Source: an uncultured Planctomycetales bacterium
GTDB lineage: Bacteria; Omnitrophota; Gorgyraeia; Gygaellales; Profunditerraquicolaceae
Assembly: GCA_964467905.1 (NCBI GenBank)
Contig: CAYXSY010000004.1
Span: forward strand, 1,182 to 65,181
Reading direction: 5' to 3'
Length of the DNA: 64,000 bases
The position numbers and the translations under genes were made by a program. Below are positions 24,545 to 34,091 of this stretch, piece after piece. The notes below the pieces were generated by a model, which was given only the letters and a program-made list of their open reading frames with translations, was not told where the DNA came from and ran no database searches. Within the stretch, counting starts at the first letter, position 1. Each line of letters starts with the position of its first letter.

Positions 24545-25462
24545 ATGAGTGTTATCTATGATTTAATTATTATAGGGGCTGGTCCGGCAGGTTTAACTGC
24601 CGCGCTTTACGCCGGGAGATTCAGGCTCAAGACGCTGGTTTTAGAAAAAATGAGTGTCGGCGGGCAGATTATTCTTTCCCAATCGATAGAGAATTTTCCC
24701 GGTTTCCCCGGAGGCTTAAGCACGGATGAGCTTATCAGCAGAATTAAAAAACAGGTTGATGAGTTGGGGGTTGATTTTGTCAGCGGAGAGGTATCGGAAA
24801 TCTCTGGCAAGGATGAATTTTGCGTAAAGACATCGGAAAGCCAGTATCAGGCAAAAACAATTATTCTCGCATGCGGGGCGCATTCTAAAAGTCTGGATGT
24901 TGCGGGAGAAGATAGGTTAATAGGACGAGGAGTTTCTTATTGCGCTACTTGTGACGGCCCGCTTTATAAGAATAAAAATGTTTTAGTTGTGGGGGGCGGC
25001 GATAAAGCCATTGAAGAAGCGATTTTTCTGGCCGAATATGCTTCTTCGGTAAAATTAGTTCATCGCAGGCAGCTTTTTAGAGCCTCAGCCATACTAGTTG
25101 AGAAGGTAAAAGCTAATCCAAAAATAAGTTTTGTTCTTGATAGCGTTGTTAAGGAAATAGCCGGAGATAAAAAGGTTGAGTCTGTTGAATTAATGAATGT
25201 AAATACCAAGGCTACAAATAGAGTTACCTGCGACGGTGTATTTATATTCGTAGGCATAGAGCCTAATACCCAATTTGCAAGAAACTTATTGCATTTAGAT
25301 GATTCGGGTTTTATAATTACTGCTCATGATGGAGCTACTTCGCAGGCGGGTATTTTTGCCTGTGGCGACTGTATTCATAAAAGTCTTTATCAGGTAATTA
25401 ATGCCTGTGGTGAAGGCGCGGTGGCGGTTGATTCGGCGCACAAATATTTATTGAATAGGTGA
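24545..25462 (+). CDS. trxB: thioredoxin-disulfide reductase
   Basis: GAGPAG FAD motif, CATCDG redox-active site, GGGDKA NADPH motif. Confidence 0.92.
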   Translation: MSVIYDLIIIGAGPAGLTAALYAGRFRLKTLVLEKMSVGGQIILSQSIENFPGFPGGLSTDELISRIKKQVDELGVDFVSGEVSEISGKDEFCVKTSESQYQAKTIILACGAHSKSLDVAGEDRLIGRGVSYCATCDGPLYKNKNVLVVGGGDKAIEEAIFLAEYASSVKLVHRRQLFRASAILVEKVKANPKISFVLDSVVKEIAGDKKVESVELMNVNTKATNRVTCDGVFIFVGIEPNTQFARNLLHLDDSGFIITAHDGATSQAGIFACGDCIHKSLYQVINACGEGAVAVDSAHKYLLNR

Positions 25463-25466
25463 AGAT

Positions 25467-27257
25467 ATGTATAAGATAAGTGCAACGCATAATAAGAAGT
25501 TAAAAGATTGGGTTAGTAAGATGGCTCGCCTATGCCAGCCGGATGATATCGTCTGGATAGACGGGTCCGATGAGCAGAAGCGTCTTTTAGAGAAGGAGGC
25601 GATTAGTTCTGGAGAACTGATACAGCTTGATCAGAATAAGCTTCCCGGATGTTTCTTACATCGTACCGCTAAAGATGATGTTGCCAGAACCGAGCATCTC
25701 ACCTTTATATGTACAAGAAAGAAAGCCGATGCCGGACCGACTAACAACTGGATGAGCCCCAAGAAAGCTTATCAGAAGGCAAGGGGGTATTTTAAGGGCG
25801 CGATGAAAGGCAGGAGGATGTATGTAATACCTTTCTCTATGGGCCCGGTCGGATCTTCTTTTAGCAAAATTGGCGTGGAATTAACGGATTCGCGTTATGT
25901 TGTCTTGAATATGTTGATTATGACCAGGGTAGGGGCTTCGGTCTTGCGAGAGCTGGAAAAAACAGGAGATTTTACCAAATGCCTTCATTCTAAGGCCGAA
26001 CTGGATATTAATAAGAGATTGATATTGCATTTTCCAGAAGATAATACTATTTGGAGTGTGGGTTCAGGCTACGGCGGAAACGTCCTGCTAGGTAAGAAGT
26101 GCTTGTCTCTTAGAATAGCAAGTTACTTGGGGAAAAAAGAGAAGTGGTTAGCCGAGCATATGCTGATTATGGGCATTGAGGAGCCAAACGGACAGATTGA
26201 ATATATCGCTGGGGCTTTCCCGAGTGCCTGTGGAAAAACTAATTTGGCTATGTTGGTTCCGCCTGTAGGGTTAAAGAAAAAAGGTTATCGTATCTGGACC
26301 GTAGGAGATGATATCGCCTGGATGCGTATTGATTCGGATGGTTCTTTATGGGCGATTAATCCTGAAACAGGATTTTTCGGTGTTGTTCCGGGAACAAATT
26401 CTGAAACTAACCTGAATATGGTGGAGACAATTAAGAAAAACACAATATATACTAATGTTGTTTTAAAGCCTGATAATACTGTCTGGTGGGAAGGCGCTGA
26501 TGGAGAGATCCCCGAAGAAGGTATTGATTGGCAGGGCAAGTTATGGAAGCCCGGGATGCTTGATGCTAACGGTAAACCGGTTAAGGGGGCACATCCTAAC
26601 AGTCGCTTTACGGCCCCGATTATAAATTGTCCTTCTGCATCTTTCAGGTTAGAGCAGCATCACGGGGTACCTCTAAAGGCAATTATATTAGGCTCACGTA
26701 GGCAGCATCTTACCCCTTTGGTGTATGAAGCTTTTAATTGGCAACATGGTGTATTCGTCGGTGCGATAATGGCTTCAGAGTTGACTGCGGCTCAGGTCGG
26801 ACAGGTAGGAGAGATTAGGCGTGACCCCATGGCAATGATACCATTTTGCGGATATAATATGGCGGATTATTTCGAACATTGGTTAGCTATGGGCAAGCGT
26901 ATGTCAAAACCGCCTAAGATCTTTTGCGTTAATTGGTTTAGGACAGATGAAAAAGGAAAGTTTCTATGGCCGGGATTCAAAGAAAATCTGCGGGTCCTTG
27001 AATGGATACTTGACCGTTGCAACGGTAAAGTCGGAGCGCTTCAGACGCCTATAGGTTATGTCCCACGCCCTACAGATTTGGATATGACGGGTATAGATAT
27101 AGGGCGAAATGTTTTGGAGAAGCTTCTGGAAGTAGATAGTAAAGCATGGGCGGAAGAATTAAAAGGTATTAATAAATTCTTTAAGATGTTTAAGAAGGAC
27201 CTGCCTGTTGAGCTCTGGCAGGAATACGAAGCGCTTTCTAAGCGCCTGAAGGATTAA
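25467..27257 (+). CDS. pckG: phosphoenolpyruvate carboxykinase (GTP)
   Basis: 596 aa. FPSACGKTN kinase-1a motif and overall GTP-PEPCK pattern. Confidence 0.92.
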   Translation: MYKISATHNKKLKDWVSKMARLCQPDDIVWIDGSDEQKRLLEKEAISSGELIQLDQNKLPGCFLHRTAKDDVARTEHLTFICTRKKADAGPTNNWMSPKKAYQKARGYFKGAMKGRRMYVIPFSMGPVGSSFSKIGVELTDSRYVVLNMLIMTRVGASVLRELEKTGDFTKCLHSKAELDINKRLILHFPEDNTIWSVGSGYGGNVLLGKKCLSLRIASYLGKKEKWLAEHMLIMGIEEPNGQIEYIAGAFPSACGKTNLAMLVPPVGLKKKGYRIWTVGDDIAWMRIDSDGSLWAINPETGFFGVVPGTNSETNLNMVETIKKNTIYTNVVLKPDNTVWWEGADGEIPEEGIDWQGKLWKPGMLDANGKPVKGAHPNSRFTAPIINCPSASFRLEQHHGVPLKAIILGSRRQHLTPLVYEAFNWQHGVFVGAIMASELTAAQVGQVGEIRRDPMAMIPFCGYNMADYFEHWLAMGKRMSKPPKIFCVNWFRTDEKGKFLWPGFKENLRVLEWILDRCNGKVGALQTPIGYVPRPTDLDMTGIDIGRNVLEKLLEVDSKAWAEELKGINKFFKMFKKDLPVELWQEYEALSKRLKD

Positions 27258-27260
27258 CAG

Positions 27261-28157
27261 ATGCAAAAAGGGATTTTACTTAAGACTGATTTTAAGGACT
27301 TAAAGTTATTCCGCCGGGGTAAAGTACGCGATGTATACGACCTTGGAGACAGGCTATTAGTTGTATCTACTGACCGTATATCATGTTTTGATGTTATATT
27401 GCCTTGCGGTATACCACATAAGGGAGAAGTGCTTAATAGCATTTCTCTTTTTTGGTTTGATTTAGTGCGTGATATCTGCCCTACGCATTTTATTAGCGCC
27501 GATGTCAAAGATTATCCGGAAGAATTAAAGGCTTACACATCGGACCTTAAAGGCAGATCCATGCTTGTTAAGAAGGCAAAAGGCTTGCCTGTAGAATGTG
27601 TAGTAAGAGGATATCTTTCCGGTTCGGGTTGGAAAGAATATAGGGCCAACCAGTCGATTTGCGGAATCAAGCTTCCCCCCGGACTCAAAGAATCCGATAA
27701 GTTGCCACAGGTTATATTTACGCCTTCGACAAAAGCCGATGTCGGTCATGACATGAATGTTAGTTTCGATTATATAGAGAAAGATTTAGGCAAGGATACC
27801 GCCGATAAGCTAAAAAGAATTAGCATTGCTATTTATAATAAGGCGGCAGATTATGCTCTTGGTAAGGGCATTATAATTGCCGACACAAAGTTTGAATTTG
27901 GTATTTACGCCGATAATATAATTTTAATTGACGAGGTGCTTACTCCCGATTCTTCACGTTTCTGGCCAAAGGACCAATATTCTCCCGGTCGTCCACAACC
28001 TAGCTTTGACAAGCAGTTTGTCAGAGATTATTTAGAGACTTTGAGCTGGGATAAAACTCCCCCTGCGCCTATGCTCCCAGAGGATATAATAGAGAAAACA
28101 AGCGCAAAGTATCTTGAAGCATATAAGAAACTTACAGGTAAAGGCCTTAAAGTTTGA
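27261..28157 (+). CDS. purC: phosphoribosylaminoimidazole-succinocarboxamide synthase
   Basis: GKVRDVYD...[13 protein letters not shown] and the long-form SAICAR synthetase pattern. Confidence 0.9.
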   Translation: MQKGILLKTDFKDLKLFRRGKVRDVYDLGDRLLVVSTDRISCFDVILPCGIPHKGEVLNSISLFWFDLVRDICPTHFISADVKDYPEELKAYTSDLKGRSMLVKKAKGLPVECVVRGYLSGSGWKEYRANQSICGIKLPPGLKESDKLPQVIFTPSTKADVGHDMNVSFDYIEKDLGKDTADKLKRISIAIYNKAADYALGKGIIIADTKFEFGIYADNIILIDEVLTPDSSRFWPKDQYSPGRPQPSFDKQFVRDYLETLSWDKTPPAPMLPEDIIEKTSAKYLEAYKKLTGKGLKV

Positions 28158-29125
28158 AAGCTACCTTCAGGAACGCAACCCCAATTATCTTAAGAGTTCT
28201 CTTAAGCGCAATCCTAATCTTTATTCTCTTAAATTTTATAGACAAAGATGCGGTTCTGTCAGCTATATTAAGAGCCGATAAATTTTATTTGTTAACGGCA
28301 TTCTTACTATTGCTCGTCAATTATTCTTTTTGTCTCTTTAGATGGTATTTGCTGCTTAAGGAATTTAATCTCGGGATAACTTTTAAAAGAGCTTCCCTTG
28401 CATTTTGCGCCGGACTTTTTATGAGTTTATTTGTTCCTTCTATAGTGGGGATTGATTTGGCAAGAGGAGCGGATTTGTCCGTCCATACGAAAAAGCCGCG
28501 CCAGGTGTTGGCTACCATATTGTTAGACAGATTAAGCGGTTTTGCGGGGATAATAATATTGCTTTCTTTGGCTTGCATATTTGTCTGTCAAGCTGTAACC
28601 GAAAAGGTTATTCCGGCATTCCTGATTGCATCTTATATTTTACTGGGCGTTACCTTGTTCATAGCGTTTAATAAAAGCGTTTATTCTCATATAACTGCTT
28701 TCTTGCGCAAGAGGTCAGGAAAACTAAGAGAGGTACTTGTTAATATCTACGAAGATATACATATGTTTAAGGGTAGGTCTGTTTTGTTAATTAAGATTCT
28801 TGTTCTTTCTGTTTTAAGCCAGGCTATTCTACCGCTTGTTTTCTATTTCACGGCGCTTTCTCTGGGGCTTAAAACCAGCATTATTTATTTCTTTGTTTTT
28901 GTGCCGTTAATAGGAGCCATAGCCCTTATCCCGTTGACGCTTTCCGGGTTGGGGTTAAGAGATTTATCTACGGTTTTCTTTTTTAGTAAAATCGGGATAG
29001 CTGAGGCTGCGTCTTTTTCCATTTCTCTTCTGAATTTCTTCTTTGTGGTAGCCGCAGGGGTATTGGGAGGTTTATTTTATGTCTTTGCTGTATCTTATAG
29101 ACGGGTGCAATGTAATAAACCATAA
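28154..29125 (+). CDS. flippase-like / lysylphosphatidylglycerol-synthase-TM-region family membrane protein (UPF0104)
   Basis: 323 aa polytopic membrane protein. N-terminal pattern with FRWYLLL, typical of the family. Confidence 0.55.
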   Translation: MKATFRNATPIILRVLLSAILIFILLNFIDKDAVLSAILRADKFYLLTAFLLLLVNYSFCLFRWYLLLKEFNLGITFKRASLAFCAGLFMSLFVPSIVGIDLARGADLSVHTKKPRQVLATILLDRLSGFAGIIILLSLACIFVCQAVTEKVIPAFLIASYILLGVTLFIAFNKSVYSHITAFLRKRSGKLREVLVNIYEDIHMFKGRSVLLIKILVLSVLSQAILPLVFYFTALSLGLKTSIIYFFVFVPLIGAIALIPLTLSGLGLRDLSTVFFFSKIGIAEAASFSISLLNFFFVVAAGVLGGLFYVFAVSYRRVQCNKP

Positions 29126-29576
29126 GTCTTTTCTGCAGGGCAAAAGAAAGACTGTCCAGGATTCAAGGATGGCGCTTTTGGATTTAATCAAAAGCCGAGA
29201 GCTTGTCGGAAGTCCAAGAAACAGGTGTATTGTGGTTTTTGACGGATATCCTCCGAGAACAGGGTATTCTTATGAGCGCAAAGGAGCAGTGAGTGCGGTA
29301 TTTTCTTTTGATGATTCAGCAGACGATAAGATAATGAAATTATTGAGGCAGGGAGGCAATCCTAAGAATATAGTGGTTGTTTCTGATGATAAGCAGATAG
29401 TGTCTTTCGCCAGGCTGCATAATGCCGCGGTATCATCAGTTGATGAATTCTTGAAAATAAGCATTGAGCCGGCGCAGCAGAAAGCTGCGCGTCGCGCAGA
29501 AGAAGATGCAAAGCTTAACTATACGCAGGCCGATAAAATAAACCGCGAATTAAAAAAGTTATGGTTGGATAGTTAG
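29079..29576 (+). CDS. NYN-domain (YacP/Rae1-like) ribonuclease
   Basis: [12 protein letters not shown]...VVFDG...VVSDD pattern of YacP-like NYN proteins. Confidence 0.7.
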   Translation: MSLLYLIDGCNVINHKSFLQGKRKTVQDSRMALLDLIKSRELVGSPRNRCIVVFDGYPPRTGYSYERKGAVSAVFSFDDSADDKIMKLLRQGGNPKNIVVVSDDKQIVSFARLHNAAVSSVDEFLKISIEPAQQKAARRAEEDAKLNYTQADKINRELKKLWLDS

Positions 29577-29636
29577 CAACTAGTAACTAGTAACTCGTAA
29601 CTCGTAACTAGTAACTAGTAACTAGTAATTAGTAAT
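29574..29636. repeat. 9-unit heptanucleotide tandem repeat (TAGTAAC family)
   Basis: TAGCAAC, TAGTAAC x2, TCGTAAC x2, TAGTAAC x2, TAGTAAT x2. The array starts at the stop codon of the NYN gene and ends 33 nt before the next start. Confidence 0.95.
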
Positions 29637-29669
29637 TTAAAATATTCAAAGATAAGCCCATTAAAAGAT

Positions 29670-30434
29670 ATGCCTAACAATTTCCTAAAATTCCTCGGTA
29701 CCTCCGGTGCCCGTTTTGTAATGATTAAACAGTTACGCTCTTCAGGAGGTATATGGGTAAATTCCGGAGGCACTAATGTATTAATTGACCCTGGCCCGGG
29801 CAGCATAGTTAGGTGCGCTAAATCCCGTCCAAGGCTTGACCCTACCAAATTAGACGGGATTATACTGACCCACCGGCACTTGGATCATTCAGGCGATATA
29901 AATGTTATGATTGAGGCTATGACAGAGGGCGGCTTTAAGAAAAGGGGGGTAGTATTTTGTCCCGCAGATGCAGTTAAGAAAGACCCGGTTATATTGGATT
30001 ATATTAAGAATTTCCCACAGGAGATACGTATAATCAAAGCTCTAAAAAAATATAGTGTAGGGAATCTTGATTTTTACACTTCCATGAGGCATATTCATCC
30101 GGTTGAAACTTATGGCCTGAAATTTAAAGTTAATGGTTCTACTATAGGGCTTTTGTCTGATACCAGATATTTCAATGGTTTATTAAAATTCTATAAGAAT
30201 ATCGATGTTCTTATTATCTGCGTGGTATTTTACGAAAAGCGTCCAGGCATAGACCATCTTTGTTTGCCTGAAGCAGAGAGGATAATAAGAATGGTCCGTC
30301 CCGGCAAAGCCATATTGACCCATTTTGGTTTGACTATGCTTAAGGCTGGGCTGGATTCCCAGGCAGAGAGAATTTCTGACACATTAGGAATTGAGGTTTT
30401 ATCCGCTTATGACGGTATGAGGGTCAATTTATAA
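29670..30434 (+). CDS. MBL-fold metallo-hydrolase
   Basis: THRHLDHSGD (HxHxDH) motif. Confidence 0.75.
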   Translation: MPNNFLKFLGTSGARFVMIKQLRSSGGIWVNSGGTNVLIDPGPGSIVRCAKSRPRLDPTKLDGIILTHRHLDHSGDINVMIEAMTEGGFKKRGVVFCPADAVKKDPVILDYIKNFPQEIRIIKALKKYSVGNLDFYTSMRHIHPVETYGLKFKVNGSTIGLLSDTRYFNGLLKFYKNIDVLIICVVFYEKRPGIDHLCLPEAERIIRMVRPGKAILTHFGLTMLKAGLDSQAERISDTLGIEVLSAYDGMRVNL

Positions 30435-30559
30435 AGTGTTTTCGTATATAAGCTTGCGGATAGGCCACTTACTTATTTTTACTTATTTTTTCTTGACAGG
30501 ACAACAATATTATGTTAATGTTATACAAACTAACCTAAACAACAAAAGGAGGTGGTTAG

Positions 30560-31237
30560 ATGGGTAATTGGCAAATGGTGATTCTAGAACCAGCCAGATC
30601 CGTGTTTTCGCAGGTGGGACAGTTTTTGGTTAACGTGCTGTTGGTTATTGTCATACTCATTATCGGTTGGGTGCTTTCAAGATTGGTGCAAGGTTTGGTA
30701 ACCAAGCTTTTGAGAGCTGTAAGACTCGATGATTTATCTGACCGTATTGAGTTAGACGCCATTCTGGAAAAGGGAGGCATAAAGTATTCGCTTTCAGAGT
30801 TGGTAGGGATTCTTGTCTATTGGGTTGGTATCCTTATTACTGTAGTTGTGGCTATCAATGCCGTAGGACTTACTACCGCCGCTGATTTGTTAAATAGAAT
30901 AGTCCTTTATGTCCCCAACATTATCATTGGGATATTCATCTTGATACTGGGAATGTTTGTGGCGACATTGTTGGGCAATATAGTCCATACTGCAGCCAGC
31001 AACGCAGGCCTTGCTCAGGATAAGCTTTTCGGCAACTTGGCAAAGATAGTAGTTATGATTTTTGCTATAGCTATTACGCTCGAACAGCTTGGCATCGGAG
31101 CCGAGATTATTAAGTTGACAATAAGCATAATCTTAGGTTCTATGGGTTTGGCGCTTGGTTTGTCTTTTGGACTTGGATGCAAAGATATGGCAGCTAAGTT
31201 TATGGCTGAGATGGTCGATAAGTTAAAAAAGAAATAA
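30560..31237 (+). CDS. membrane protein with conserved TM-helix repeats (MscS-associated TM_helix family-like)
   Basis: 225 aa. Repeated hydrophobic helices with a VxxVLxxxIILIIGW-type pattern. Confidence 0.45.
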   Translation: MGNWQMVILEPARSVFSQVGQFLVNVLLVIVILIIGWVLSRLVQGLVTKLLRAVRLDDLSDRIELDAILEKGGIKYSLSELVGILVYWVGILITVVVAINAVGLTTAADLLNRIVLYVPNIIIGIFILILGMFVATLLGNIVHTAASNAGLAQDKLFGNLAKIVVMIFAIAITLEQLGIGAEIIKLTISIILGSMGLALGLSFGLGCKDMAAKFMAEMVDKLKKK

Positions 31238-31264
31238 ACGTATTTTTTGTTTGATTTTTTCTAT

Positions 31265-31304
31265 AAACCCCGCATCTTGATGTAAATTTTAAGGTGCGGG
31301 GTTT
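31265..31304 (+). terminator. stem-loop terminator candidate
   Basis: AAACCCCGCA (31265-31274) pairs with TGCGGGGTTT (31295-31304). The T-tract is weak. Confidence 0.45.
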
Positions 31305-31321
31305 ATCATTAGGAGAGGGTT

Positions 31322-32341
31322 ATGGGTAATCCTGCGGGGCTTCTAAAGTTTCTTTCCGATAATAAAAAGCGTATTGGCTCACTGTTAATTCTGACCCACG
31401 ATTATCCGGATTCTGATGCTATAGCTAGCGCTTTCGCCCTCTATTACTTAGCAACCAATTTTGGGATTAAATCAAAGATAGCCTACGGCGGTATAATAAA
31501 CAACATAGAAAACCGCACGATGATTTCTCTTTTACGCATCCCCATAAGCAAGCTTAAGAGTTCCGACTTTAAGAGGTACAAATCTTACGCTCTGGTGGAC
31601 ACGCAGCCACTATTTAATAATAATTCTTTCCCCGATAGTAAGCACGCAAACATTGTTATAGACCAGCATTTATATTCTAAGAGGCCCGAGGCAGATTTCT
31701 CCATCATAGACCTTGAATGCGGAGCTACGGCAGTTATCTTAGCACAGGCAATATTCTCTTCCGGGCTGGGTATGCCTAAGAATCTTGCTACCGCACTTAC
31801 CTACGGCATTATTATAGATACTTTAAACCTTTATAGGGTTAAAAGGCAGGGGGTATTTCGTACTTATATGGAGGTTTTGACTAATTGCGATATGAAAGCT
31901 TTGGTACGCATACAAAATCCTCCTCGTCCGAGAATGTATTATCTTATCTTTAAAAAGGCCCTTGAGCGCGCAAGGCAGGTTGGTAATTTGGTTTTTTGCA
32001 ATCTTGGGTCCATAGATGATCAGGTGTATGTGGCTTATATTGCCGATTTTCTTCTGCCTTTGGAAGGTGCCAAATGGTCTTTTTGCGCCGGCCGCTATAG
32101 GGATAGATTGTATGTGTCTTTGAGAACTTCTGTTAAAGCCCCGCCAGCTTTAAACGTATTAAGAGAAGTTTTTAAGGATTCAAGCCATGCAGGAGGCCAT
32201 GGTACAATAGCCGGCGGCAGTATTTATATAGGCAGTAAAGTAAAAGAGAGCATATGGATGCAAGAAGAGCGTGAGATTATAAGAAGATTATTGCTTGCTT
32301 TGAAGATTAATCCCGACAAACCGATAAGGCATAGCTTTTAA
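31322..32341 (+). CDS. DHH/DHHA1 family phosphoesterase (NrnA-like)
   Basis: HDYPDSDAIASA, DTQP, DQH (variant of DHH) and GGHGTIAGG motifs. Confidence 0.65.
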   Translation: MGNPAGLLKFLSDNKKRIGSLLILTHDYPDSDAIASAFALYYLATNFGIKSKIAYGGIINNIENRTMISLLRIPISKLKSSDFKRYKSYALVDTQPLFNNNSFPDSKHANIVIDQHLYSKRPEADFSIIDLECGATAVILAQAIFSSGLGMPKNLATALTYGIIIDTLNLYRVKRQGVFRTYMEVLTNCDMKALVRIQNPPRPRMYYLIFKKALERARQVGNLVFCNLGSIDDQVYVAYIADFLLPLEGAKWSFCAGRYRDRLYVSLRTSVKAPPALNVLREVFKDSSHAGGHGTIAGGSIYIGSKVKESIWMQEEREIIRRLLLALKINPDKPIRHSF

Positions 32342-32368
32342 TAATTTAGAGGAAGAGCAGGAATTGGC

Positions 32369-34057
32369 ATGTTAGAAAGCGTTACGGAGAATATAAACAG
32401 GTTATCAAGCTTGAATTTTAACGCCTTATTTCTTTTGGGCCTGATTTTGTTCGTGGGCACCATAGGAGGAGGTCTGCTTAAGAAATTAAGGACTCCCCAG
32501 GTGGTAGGCTATATTGTGGCAGGTATCGTTTTGGGCAAGACCGGATTTAATATTATCGATACCAATATGATAAATACCCTGGCACCTTTTAATTATTTTG
32601 CTTTAGGATTAATAGGTTTTATGATCGGCGGAGAATTGAAGAAAGATGTCTTAAGGCGTTATGGAAAGCAATTTGCGATTATCTTGTTATCTGAAGGCCT
32701 GTTTGCTTTCTTGGCAGTCTTTATTTTTGTCGGCGTAATAGGCAGTTTAGTTTTCGGAAACGGCCTGTATTATTGGGCCCTTGGTTTATTGTTAGGCGCC
32801 ATTGCGTCTGCTACTGCGCCTGCTGCTACCACAGATGTGCTCTGGGAATACAAAACCCGCGGCCCGCTGACAAGCATAGTATTAGGTATTGTTGCTTTGG
32901 ATGACGGGCTGGCTTTGGTTTTATTTGCTCTGGCCTCGAGTATTGCCCCTGCCATACTAGGCGTGCATTCTTCGTCATGGTCTACAATAATAAGGCCGGT
33001 GTATGAAATCGGCGTGGCGATATTATTGGGGATTACCTTTGGTTTTGTCCTTATAAAGATTTTAAGAAAATACGCCGATAGGGAAAAAATACTGGTTTAT
33101 TCTATAAGTACTATACTTTTTGTTTTAGGGCTTTCACTTATTATTGATGTTGATATGCTCTTGGCGGCAATGACTCTTGGGGTTGTGCTTGTGAATTGGG
33201 AAGCCCGTTTAAGCAAGGAAGTATTTACTATGGTTTCGGCCTTTGCCACGCCTTTTTATATATTATTCTTTGTGATGGTGGGAGCAAAGTTTGAGTTAAA
33301 GAGTGTTACGCTAAGCGTTATAGTTATCGCTTTGGCCTATCTTTTGGGCAGGACTTTTGGCAAGATGTTTGGAGCAAATTTTGGTTCCAGAATATCGGGC
33401 GCGCCCAAAACAGTGCAAAAATATCTTCCGTATTGTCTTTTTAGCCAGGCAGGTGTGGCTATTGGTTTATCCATTGTGGCTTATAATATGTTTCCGGGAT
33501 CTATCGGCAATTCCATTATTATAGTTATAACTTTCACCACTTTTATCGTGCAGCTTTTAGGTCCGCCTTCGGTAAAATATGCGGTGGCTAAAGCCGGAGA
33601 AATCGGGCTTAATGTTACGCAAAATGACGTGTTAAGGAGGACTAACATTTCGGAAGTCATGGATAAAGAGCCACCACTTATATATGCGAGTATGCATTTA
33701 GGGGAAATATTAGATATATTCAGCAATAGCCACTATCATAATTATCCGGTTGTGGATAAAGACAAAAAGGTAGTCGGAGTTATCAGCACCGAGAGTATCC
33801 GTCAGTCGCTGCCGAATATAGAAGCAGGGAATCTTATATGTGCCTATGATATTATGGAGCCGGTTACCAAAATGAAAATAGATCCCGATTTCTCTCTTTC
33901 CGAAGCCGATGAGCTTTTCGATAAGTATAATCTTGATTATCTTCCGGTAGCCGATAGGCATTCCAGGATTGTAGGTTTCTTAGAGAAGAGGATGATAAAC
34001 AAGTTTGTCTCGTCAAAGTTAATCGAAGCAGAACAGAAAATAACATCCCTTGGTTGA
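32369..34057 (+). CDS. cation:proton antiporter (CPA family) with C-terminal CBS pair
   Basis: About 400 aa polytopic Na+/H+-exchanger-like region, then CBS-like repeats (HNYPVVDKDKKVVGVIS; LDYLPVADRHSRIVGFL). Confidence 0.8.
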   Translation: MLESVTENINRLSSLNFNALFLLGLILFVGTIGGGLLKKLRTPQVVGYIVAGIVLGKTGFNIIDTNMINTLAPFNYFALGLIGFMIGGELKKDVLRRYGKQFAIILLSEGLFAFLAVFIFVGVIGSLVFGNGLYYWALGLLLGAIASATAPAATTDVLWEYKTRGPLTSIVLGIVALDDGLALVLFALASSIAPAILGVHSSSWSTIIRPVYEIGVAILLGITFGFVLIKILRKYADREKILVYSISTILFVLGLSLIIDVDMLLAAMTLGVVLVNWEARLSKEVFTMVSAFATPFYILFFVMVGAKFELKSVTLSVIVIALAYLLGRTFGKMFGANFGSRISGAPKTVQKYLPYCLFSQAGVAIGLSIVAYNMFPGSIGNSIIIVITFTTFIVQLLGPPSVKYAVAKAGEIGLNVTQNDVLRRTNISEVMDKEPPLIYASMHLGEILDIFSNSHYHNYPVVDKDKKVVGVISTESIRQSLPNIEAGNLICAYDIMEPVTKMKIDPDFSLSEADELFDKYNLDYLPVADRHSRIVGFLEKRMINKFVSSKLIEAEQKITSLG

Positions 34058-34091
34058 AAATAATAGTATTTTATACAACCCGTTATAACTA

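Noticed and set aside
29574-29636. Tandem repeat considered as a CRISPR array
   Set aside because: The units are 7 bp with no spacers and no cas genes, so it is a microsatellite and not a CRISPR.
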